This document shows, one piece after another, positions 25,325 through 32,000 of a DNA stretch of 32,000 nt. How positions within the stretch are numbered: the first letter of the stretch is position 1; each line of letters begins with the position of its first letter. This DNA comes from Trichlorobacter lovleyi SZ. Lineage in GTDB: Bacteria; Desulfobacterota; Desulfuromonadia; Geobacterales; Pseudopelobacteraceae. The position numbers and the translations under genes are program-made. A model generated the notes under the pieces. That model had not been told where the DNA came from, did no database searches, and worked only from the letters and a program-made list of their open reading frames with translations. The stretch lies in the NCBI RefSeq assembly GCF_000020385.1, contig NC_010814.1:3570001-3602000 (forward strand), read 5' to 3'.

Positions 25325-26617
25325 ATGAAGGTAGTTCACATAGCCTTATCAAATGACGGTGGAGCCGGTATTGCCGCCTACCGGTTGCATACAGCCTTGA
25401 GAAAAGCAGGGGTGGCGTCGCTCATGCTGGTGCTGTACAGCAAAAATGATGATCCTACGGTCAACATCATCAACACCACGACCCGGCCCTGCCTGACGAC
25501 CGGCCCCGGCATTTCCCCCCATTTCTATACCCATGAACAGCACACCCGTTGCCTGCTGGAACAGCACCCCCAGCGCAACCAGAAACGGGATATGTTTACC
25601 GGTGCGACCTCCGAAGTTGTACTGGAAGATATTGCAGCAATTCACGACGCCGACATCATCAACCTGCACTGGGTCGCAGGGGTGGTGGACTATTCCCGCC
25701 TCAGCCATATCTTCAAGGGCAAACAAACGGTACTGACGCTCCATGCCATGAACGACTTTACCGGTGGCTGCCACAACGCCTATGACTGCCGCAACTATAC
25801 GACCGAGTGTTGTCATTGCCCACAATTAGGTCCACACCCGTTTGACCATGCCAGACATATTTTTTATCAAAAACTCTATGGGATGCAGGAGCTTGAGATA
25901 ACAGCGGTCAGCCCCAGCAGATGGCTGGCCGGCTGCGCCGCCCAGAGCAGAATCCTGTCCGGCAGACGCGTACTGTGCATCCCCAACGGCATTCCGAGCG
26001 AGACCTTCAGACCACTGGAAAGTTCTGCTGCCCGTGACTATTTCGGCATTGCCCCTGATCGTTTCATCATCCTGTTTGGCGCCTTTGATGCTACCAATGA
26101 ACGCAAGGGAGGGGCATTACTTGCTGCTGCACTCGGGCAACTGCCTGTCACTGTCCTGGATAGAATCACCCTGGTTGGATTCGGCGCCTCATCAGAGACA
26201 CTGGTAACGTCTTTCCCCTGCGACGTCAAAGGCTTGGGACCAGTCTGCAATGAAGACAACCTGGCGCTGATCTATTCCATGGCAGACCTGTTTGCCCTGC
26301 CATCCATGGCGGATAATCTACCCAACTCCATTCTGGAATCACTGGCCTGCGGCACGCCGGTACTGGCATTCAGGGTTGGCGGCATACCGGAGATTGTCGA
26401 ACACAGGCGAAACGGGTATCTTGCCACACCGTTCAATACCGGTGAGCTGGCTGCAGGGATCGTCTGGTGCATGGAAAACCACAAACAACTCGCAGGCGAA
26501 CCGTGTACCGCCACCATCCGATATGGCTATACTGACCGTATCCAGGCCCTGCGCTATATCAGTCTCTACCAGAGCCTGCTTGACGGTTTGTCAACCAGGC
26601 AGAGCAGAATCCGATGA
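25325..26617 (+). CDS. Glycosyltransferase family 4 (GT-B, group 1)
   Basis: N-terminus MKVVHIALSNDGGAGIAAYRL. C-domain ERKGGALL and LFALPSMADNLPNSILESLACGTPVLAFRVGGIPEIVEHRRNGYLA. Confidence 0.85.
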   Translation: MKVVHIALSNDGGAGIAAYRLHTALRKAGVASLMLVLYSKNDDPTVNIINTTTRPCLTTGPGISPHFYTHEQHTRCLLEQHPQRNQKRDMFTGATSEVVLEDIAAIHDADIINLHWVAGVVDYSRLSHIFKGKQTVLTLHAMNDFTGGCHNAYDCRNYTTECCHCPQLGPHPFDHARHIFYQKLYGMQELEITAVSPSRWLAGCAAQSRILSGRRVLCIPNGIPSETFRPLESSAARDYFGIAPDRFIILFGAFDATNERKGGALLAAALGQLPVTVLDRITLVGFGASSETLVTSFPCDVKGLGPVCNEDNLALIYSMADLFALPSMADNLPNSILESLACGTPVLAFRVGGIPEIVEHRRNGYLATPFNTGELAAGIVWCMENHKQLAGEPCTATIRYGYTDRIQALRYISLYQSLLDGLSTRQSRIR

Positions 26618-27249
26618 CCAAACCGGCCTTTGCACAGACAAAGCTGTTGCAGTTCCTGGAAAAGATTGCAGTAGAGGTCTATCCTGAAGCACCGTCAGCA
26701 CTCCATACCCAGATTACCGCCAAGGCGATAGAGCATCTGTTTGCAGCCTACACAGTCGCCGGGCAGGCCCTGGTGCTTGATGTCGGTTGCGGGCAGGGGG
26801 TGGCTTTACAGCATTTTGTCGAACGGGGCTGTCGACCGGTGGGGATCACCCTCAATACAACCGATCTGGAGGAGTGCCGCAGGCAAGGATACACCGTGGC
26901 GCAGATGGACCAGTCCTTTCTTGATTTTGAAGACAACACCTTTGATCTTGTCTGGGCCCGGCATATTGTGGAGCACAGCATTTTTCCGTACTACACGCTG
27001 ACGGAGTTTGCCCGGATACTCAAGCCGGGCGGCCTGCTCTACCTTGAAGTACCCGGGGCGGAGACCTCCTGCAAACATGAACTGAACCGCAATCACTACA
27101 GTATCCTCAGCCACACCATGTGGTGCTCGCTGCTGGAGCGAAGCGGGTTCACTATCGCCGAAGAGCAAACCTATTTCCTGAAAAATGAGCAGGGACCTGA
27201 TGAATACTGGGCCTTTTTCGGGGTAACATCTGGAGGCACTCATGCCTGA
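26614..27249 (+). CDS. Class I SAM-dependent methyltransferase (Methyltransf_11-like)
   Basis: VLDVGCGQGVALQHFVERGCRPVGITL (motif I), FDLVWARHIVEHS and LKPGGLLYLEVP. ATGA overlap with the upstream gene. Confidence 0.8.
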   Translation: MTKPAFAQTKLLQFLEKIAVEVYPEAPSALHTQITAKAIEHLFAAYTVAGQALVLDVGCGQGVALQHFVERGCRPVGITLNTTDLEECRRQGYTVAQMDQSFLDFEDNTFDLVWARHIVEHSIFPYYTLTEFARILKPGGLLYLEVPGAETSCKHELNRNHYSILSHTMWCSLLERSGFTIAEEQTYFLKNEQGPDEYWAFFGVTSGGTHA

Positions 27250-28027
27250 AACGCATATCAGCACGACAGTAGCACCGTCTCTGTCAACAGACTCCTTTGT
27301 CTCCATCGGCTCACAACAGCCGATCTCAGCCATAGAAGAGGCGATGCTGGCAGCAGTCGCCGCCTCTCACGGACTGGTCACGGTCTCCGAGGCCCTGTCG
27401 TTACACCGTCTCTGTCAGATGCTCCCTGCCGGGGCGCGCATCCTTGAAATCGGTTCCTATCTTGGCGCCTCCACCACCGCCATAGGCCATGCTATCCTGG
27501 GAAGAGAGATCGATCTGTACTGCCTTGATTGTTGGCACGACTATGTCGCCCATGGTTTCATAGACCATCCCTGGGCCAAGTCGGCACATTCCGGCAACGA
27601 GGTCCTGCTCAAATTTCTCGAAACCACGGCGTTTATACACAGTCAGCTCCGGATACTGAAAGGTACCACCGAGCAGTTCCGGACCCTGCTACCGGCCTCG
27701 TTTTTTGATCTGATCTTTATTGATGCCGGCCATGATTATGATAGCGTCCTGAATGACCTGCTGATCAGCATGCGAGCGCTGGCCCCCGGCGGATTGCTGC
27801 TGGGGCATGACTACCACAGTGATGGCCATGGCGTTGTTGCCGCGGTCAACCAGGTGATCTATGAATCCCGCAACATCACGGTTAAAGGGATTATCCCGGG
27901 CACCAGCATCTGGTACGCCGTGATCAACAACCCGCTCCAGGAGTTGGTCAACTTGAACGCATCAGGTCTGCCACGACCTACTGATCGCACCTCCGTACCG
28001 GGTTCCCCGGCAAGCCGCTCGCTATGA
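27242..28027 (+). CDS. Class I SAM-dependent methyltransferase (Methyltransf_24 / family-3 O-MT-like)
   Basis: ILEIGSYLGASTTAIGHAI, DLIFIDAGHDYDSVLNDL and LAPGGLLLGHDY. Overlaps the upstream gene by 8 nt. Confidence 0.75.
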   Translation: MPETHISTTVAPSLSTDSFVSIGSQQPISAIEEAMLAAVAASHGLVTVSEALSLHRLCQMLPAGARILEIGSYLGASTTAIGHAILGREIDLYCLDCWHDYVAHGFIDHPWAKSAHSGNEVLLKFLETTAFIHSQLRILKGTTEQFRTLLPASFFDLIFIDAGHDYDSVLNDLLISMRALAPGGLLLGHDYHSDGHGVVAAVNQVIYESRNITVKGIIPGTSIWYAVINNPLQELVNLNASGLPRPTDRTSVPGSPASRSL

Positions 28028-29643
28028 AGATACTCTTAGTCATCCCCCTGTCAAACTATCCTCAAATGCACCCTGCGTTTTTGTCCAACACCGACTTCCC
28101 GGTCGGTTTTGCCTACATCGCTGCTGCTCTGAAACAGGCAGGGCATAAGGTCTTTGGCCTGAATCCCAACAATGACACCCGCTACGAATCTGCCCAAGAG
28201 CTCCTCAAGGCACGGCTGATCCAGTCTTTGATCGAAACCAACCCCCATATGATCGGCCTGGGCGGGCTTTCCACAGACATCCATTTTATTGCTGACGCCA
28301 TTCAGATCATCCGGTCGGTACGGCCGCACATCCCGATTGTGTGCGGCGGCGGGATCATCACTAATGATGCAGAGTACGTGTTCAAGCGGCTGCGTCCCGA
28401 CTTCTGTATTATTGGTGATGCTGAGCGTGCACTCGTACAACTTGTTGAGATGCTTGAGCAGGGCAGTGCCCTTTTCGATACGATTCCGAACCTCGGCTAC
28501 TGGCACGAGGGGCACGCCCGATTCAGCCCCCGTCTACGCAACGACGAGCCCGTCGATTCCTATCCCTTCCCCGATTACGAGCCCTTTGACATCAACAGCA
28601 TGCTCGGCGAGCACGCGCTGGTCACCCGCTATCAATACCGCTACACCCGCTCTCATCCGGTTCCAATGACCCTGGTGGCGGCTCGCGGTTGTCCGTTCAG
28701 ATGTTCGTTTTGCGTCAACAATGATGACAAGCGCTACCGTTTCCGGAGTATCGGAAACATTATGGACGAAATCAGGGTGCTGTATGAAAAATATCACTTT
28801 AATATCCTGATCATCCTGGATGAGCTGTTTGCAGTACACAGGGATCGGCTGCAGCAGTTTGCAACCGCCCTGCTTGAGGGGAGAGCACGCTATGGCTGGG
28901 ATTTTGACTGGAGCTTCCAGACCCACGCCAGTGCCAATATTGATCAGGCAACGCTCCAGCTTGCCAAGCAGGCCGGCTGTTTCTTTTTCAGCTATGGCAT
29001 TGAAAGCGCCAGCCCGACAGTCCTTGCCAGCATGAACAAGCGGACTCAGCCGGAACAGATTGAAGCAGCCCTGAAGCTCGCGGAGCAGGTACAGGTAGGG
29101 TTCGGAGGAAACTTTATCTTTGGTGACCCTGCCGAAACCTTCCAGACCGCCTTGGAATCGCTGGAATTTTACAAGAAGCACTGTCTTTATGCGCATGTCA
29201 ATGTCGGGTCGGTGCATCCCTATCCCGGCAGCAGGCTTTTTGACTACTGTCTCGAGCAGGGAATCATAGCAGACAAGTCTAAGTACTATGACAACATAGA
29301 CCAGGTTTCATATAACATGACCCGCTTGCCCCAGCAGGAGTGGGTACGGCTGATGACCGAGATTATGCAGTTCACCAGCCAATGCGGCGTTCCGGTGGTT
29401 GAAACACAAGCCGCACGCCAAGACCCCGGTGCAACGGAGCGTGAACGCCACGGCAACGGCAACAGATCACCGTGGGAACTTATATTCAACTGCCCGCACT
29501 GTAGCCACGGCATCTATACCCGCATGTTGCTGGTCAATGAAGAGGTACTGCAGGCCTATGCCAGCTTTGTAACCGGTTGCCCTGTATGTCACAAACGCTT
29601 TATCGTCAAGGCAGCGGCTAGTGAGCGGCCTGACCTGTACTAA
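28024..29643 (+). CDS. B12-binding-domain radical SAM enzyme (class B, probable methyltransferase) with C-terminal Cys4 zinc-ribbon-like tail
   Basis: N-terminal Rossmann/B12-like region MKILLVIP...IGLGGLST...IPIVCGGGIIT. Radical SAM cluster motif ARGCPFRCSFCVN (CxxxCxxC). C-terminus CPHCSHG...(36 aa)...CPVCHKRF. ATGA overlap with the upstream gene. Confidence 0.85.
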   Translation: MKILLVIPLSNYPQMHPAFLSNTDFPVGFAYIAAALKQAGHKVFGLNPNNDTRYESAQELLKARLIQSLIETNPHMIGLGGLSTDIHFIADAIQIIRSVRPHIPIVCGGGIITNDAEYVFKRLRPDFCIIGDAERALVQLVEMLEQGSALFDTIPNLGYWHEGHARFSPRLRNDEPVDSYPFPDYEPFDINSMLGEHALVTRYQYRYTRSHPVPMTLVAARGCPFRCSFCVNNDDKRYRFRSIGNIMDEIRVLYEKYHFNILIILDELFAVHRDRLQQFATALLEGRARYGWDFDWSFQTHASANIDQATLQLAKQAGCFFFSYGIESASPTVLASMNKRTQPEQIEAALKLAEQVQVGFGGNFIFGDPAETFQTALESLEFYKKHCLYAHVNVGSVHPYPGSRLFDYCLEQGIIADKSKYYDNIDQVSYNMTRLPQQEWVRLMTEIMQFTSQCGVPVVETQAARQDPGATERERHGNGNRSPWELIFNCPHCSHGIYTRMLLVNEEVLQAYASFVTGCPVCHKRFIVKAAASERPDLY

Positions 29644-29709
29644 CCAAGTACAGGCAGAACGCAATATGCTGACGACGCAGACACAACGTTTTTGAAAGGC
29701 AGATTACCG

Positions 29710-31086
29710 ATGGTAAGCCAGGAAAAGATAATTTCGTATGTAGAGAGCCTTATCTATTACATTGCCAAACCCGCCATGAGCGAACAGATTGCAGCATCTT
29801 TCGAGATCGACAGCCTGCCGCAAGCCGATACAGGAGCACAACTGCTAATCCTGGGGGCACTGCTGACAACAGGCCGGTTTGACGAGTTTTCCCAGCTGGC
29901 CGGCAAGCTTGATTTCAGCGCACACACCGCAGAAGAAAGGTCACAGCTTGCCCACTGCATCTTTACGACCTTCTCCGAAACCCTGCTGGCCAACTACGCC
30001 ACCTCATCCCGACATGCGGCGGCAATTCTGGAGCTCCTGACCGCAATCAGCCCGGAGGCCATACTGGCACACAGATCCGGCTGCGAATCACCAGCAGGGC
30101 ATGCACTGATCGAACTTGACTACGCCCGACAGATCAGCCCCTCCGTAAGCGGTGCCGTTTTTTCCAGGGAAAACTCCTTTGGACCAGGCTCACGAAAGAG
30201 CGAGTTTGGATATCGCATCCTGTCATCACTGGCCTCCCAGGGGTGGAACGTTGCGCTCTTGCCCTTAAAAGAGCTTTTCAGTTATACCACTCCCTGTCGG
30301 CAGGATTTTGTGCTGGTGGATGTGGGGCTGTTCTGGAAGCTGCCGCCGCTTGAGCAGCTCCATGAGCTGCTTGCGTACCTGAAACGTCATTTTCGCAAGA
30401 TCATCATCTTTGAACCGGACCCGTGGACCGGGTTCTATGATGAACTGTTGCGGTCAATTGCTGATCGTGTAGATTATATCTGGGGGTTCACCCCGGATTG
30501 GGAATTGACACAAGATCCGTGCTACAGGGGTAAAAGCATCATGTTCCCCAATGTCGGCGGATTCGAACAGCTGGCGCCGCCGCACCGGCATGAGCTTGAC
30601 TGGAACAGTTGCAGCTTCAACTTTACCGGCTCGGTACAGGGCTACAACCTGAACAGGGTCTACTGGATCCTTGAGGCGATCCGACGTAACCTGCCACTCG
30701 AGGTCCAGATTACGAATCCAGGTGTTGATGACGGCCTGGACTGTGAAAGTTCACTGAAGCTGTACATCCGGAAGCTGCTCTCCTCCCATGCCTCACTTAA
30801 CCTGGCAACGCGCAAGGATGGCTCACGGATGCTGACCGGCAGGGCGGTTGAGGTCATCAGCCTGAACCGGTTGCTGATTCAGGAATGGTGCCCCGCACTG
30901 CGACGGTATTATGTTGAAGGAGAGCACTTTCTGGAGTTCAAAGAGATTGAGGGACTTGCCACCAGCATCCACTTCCTGGAATCACACCCCAGGGTTGCAC
31001 AGACAATCTGCTCCCAGGGACATCAGTTCTATCTGGAACGGTATTCGTGCCGGAAAATGGTAGAACATATCCAGACCCTGCTCTGA
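29710..31086 (+). CDS. Divergent CgeB-like / Glyco_trans_1_2-type glycosyltransferase
   Basis: The C-terminal third resembles the CgeB family: FNFTGSVQGYNLNRV and LTGRAVEVISLNRLLIQEW...YVEGEHFLEFKEIEGL...QGHQFYLERYS. The N-terminal 200 aa are not recognised. Start set at the ATG at 29710; the listed start at 29692 is TTG. Confidence 0.5.
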   Translation: MVSQEKIISYVESLIYYIAKPAMSEQIAASFEIDSLPQADTGAQLLILGALLTTGRFDEFSQLAGKLDFSAHTAEERSQLAHCIFTTFSETLLANYATSSRHAAAILELLTAISPEAILAHRSGCESPAGHALIELDYARQISPSVSGAVFSRENSFGPGSRKSEFGYRILSSLASQGWNVALLPLKELFSYTTPCRQDFVLVDVGLFWKLPPLEQLHELLAYLKRHFRKIIIFEPDPWTGFYDELLRSIADRVDYIWGFTPDWELTQDPCYRGKSIMFPNVGGFEQLAPPHRHELDWNSCSFNFTGSVQGYNLNRVYWILEAIRRNLPLEVQITNPGVDDGLDCESSLKLYIRKLLSSHASLNLATRKDGSRMLTGRAVEVISLNRLLIQEWCPALRRYYVEGEHFLEFKEIEGLATSIHFLESHPRVAQTICSQGHQFYLERYSCRKMVEHIQTLL

Positions 31087-31097
31087 TATGGGGCAAA

Positions 31098-32000
31098 ATG
31101 CAATACCGTTACCTAGTCGCTCATGAGGTTCAAGTGCAGAAAGAAAACAACCAATTACATATCTGGCTGGCCTACGTAAACTACCCGATCACTACGGCCG
31201 TGTACCTGAAAAGGGCCTTGCAGCAGATGGGACATCAGGTCACCACCATTGGCCCACGCCTGCCGGAAAAGGCGATTGCCCTGTGGGGGCTTCAGAACAT
31301 GAAACTCCCGTTGGATCCTCAGGACATTGACACCTCCTTTACCCCTGATATGGCTGAAATATGGGAGTCGACACCGCCTGTAGAGCGCCCGGACCTGTAT
31401 CTCTGGGTGGAGTCGGTCAACGGACATAATCCGCAGAATCTGCAGCAGATTACCTGTCCCAAGGTCTGCTATCTGATCGATACCCATTACCATCTGGACC
31501 ATGCCATAGAGATTGCGCAGCACTTTGATTACGCCTTTATTGCCCAGTTGGTGGACCTGGAGGAATTCAGGACGCTACACCCGCAGGTTCACTGGCTGCC
31601 ACTGGCCTGCGACCCTGAAATCCATGGCAGGCAGACGGTCGCAAAGGAGTATGAGGTAAGCTTTGTCGGCGGCATGAATGAGCGCAGGGCAGCCCTGCTG
31701 GATCACCTGGCAAGCCGCTTCAATGTTCATCACGAGCGTTCCTTCTGGACCGATATGGCCCGCACCTTTTCCGCCACCCGGATCGTGCTGAATGATGCCA
31801 GTTATGACGACCTGAACATGCGCTTCTTTGAGGCGCTTGCCGCAGGCTCGCTGCTGCTCTCAAACCCGACCAGCGGCAGCGGACAGGACATCCTGTTTCA
31901 CGATGGCGCCGATTATGCCTGCCATCATGATCATGACCTGCTTGAGATAGTACAACGTTATCTGGACAACGAGCCACTGCGTGAACGGATTGCCGAGCAG
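31098..32000 (+). CDS. CgeB-family glycosyltransferase (DUF3880 + Glyco_trans_1_2-like), 3'-truncated by window edge; absent from the ORF track
   Basis: The frame is open from the ATG at 31098 (MQYRYLVAHEVQVQKENNQLHIWLAYVNYPITTAVYLKRAL...) to nt 32000. Typical CgeB blocks: YLWVES, CYLIDTHYHLDHAIEIAQHFDYAFIAQ, VSFVGGMNERRAALLDHL, ATRIVLNDASYDDLNMRFFEALAAGSLLLS. The two minus-strand ORFs listed here are shadows. Confidence 0.7.
   Translation, partial: MQYRYLVAHEVQVQKENNQLHIWLAYVNYPITTAVYLKRALQQMGHQVTTIGPRLPEKAIALWGLQNMKLPLDPQDIDTSFTPDMAEIWESTPPVERPDLYLWVESVNGHNPQNLQQITCPKVCYLIDTHYHLDHAIEIAQHFDYAFIAQLVDLEEFRTLHPQVHWLPLACDPEIHGRQTVAKEYEVSFVGGMNERRAALLDHLASRFNVHHERSFWTDMARTFSATRIVLNDASYDDLNMRFFEALAAGSLLLSNPTSGSGQDILFHDGADYACHHDHDLLEIVQRYLDNEPLRERIAEQ

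Noticed and set aside
28051-29217. Minus-strand ORFs 28051-28515 and 28534-29217
   Set aside because: They are antisense to the B12-radical SAM gene, which has an unambiguous CxxxCxxC motif.
28024-29709. Radical SAM enzyme as part of a RiPP cluster
   Set aside because: I found no short precursor-like ORF in the flanking gaps (29644-29709 and 25260-25324), and no protease or transporter. The neighbours are glycosyltransferases and methyltransferases, so sugar or protein methylation is the more economical reading.
31155-31977. Minus-strand ORFs 31155-31523 and 31720-31977
   Set aside because: They are shadows of the unlisted plus-strand CgeB-like frame (31098->32000), which has strong family motifs.

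Overview
32-kb chromosomal window. Spot counts put GC at roughly 50-62%. Gene content fits an anaerobic, cytochrome-rich Desulfuromonadota/Geobacter-like bacterium, but the taxon is inference only. I recognised no rRNA, tRNA, CRISPR array, transposase, integrase or phage gene.

Left half (1-16.3 kb): tightly packed housekeeping and accessory genes.
- A 5'-truncated GT4 glycosyltransferase, a small beta-barrel outer membrane protein, and a Pseudomonas-type L-threonine aldolase.
- An orphan cheR-MCP-cheW trio.
- An LRV/HEAT-like repeat protein translationally coupled to an NlpC/P60 peptidase.
- A family-4 uracil-DNA glycosylase, a secreted zinc phospholipase-C-like protein, coaBC and an MBL hydrolase.
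- A small ferredoxin plus a rubredoxin that is missing from the ORF track, and a class-V aminotransferase.
- A three-gene NrfD / 4x[4Fe-4S] / triheme-c7 quinone-interacting module.
- trxB with a trailing 56-codon acidic ORF.

Right half (16.3->32 kb): the part worth a second look.
- flaF and a TPR/Ig-like gene sit on the minus strand.
- They face a plus-strand operon of at least 14 kb and nine genes that runs off the window.
- That operon holds a TPR-GT9-like-exostosin-like-TPR chimera and a 1212-aa protein made of three tandem TPR+GT9-like modules.
- It also holds three SAM methyltransferases, a GT4, a B12-binding radical SAM enzyme and two CgeB-like glycosyltransferases. The last one is absent from the ORF track because it lacks a stop in the window.
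- There are no export, lipid-carrier or nucleotide-sugar genes and no signal peptides.
- My best hypothesis is an unusual cytoplasmic protein (flagellin?) glycosylation and methylation system. This is inference and needs HMM, structure and mass-spectrometry confirmation.

Many long antisense shadow ORFs in the track were rejected.
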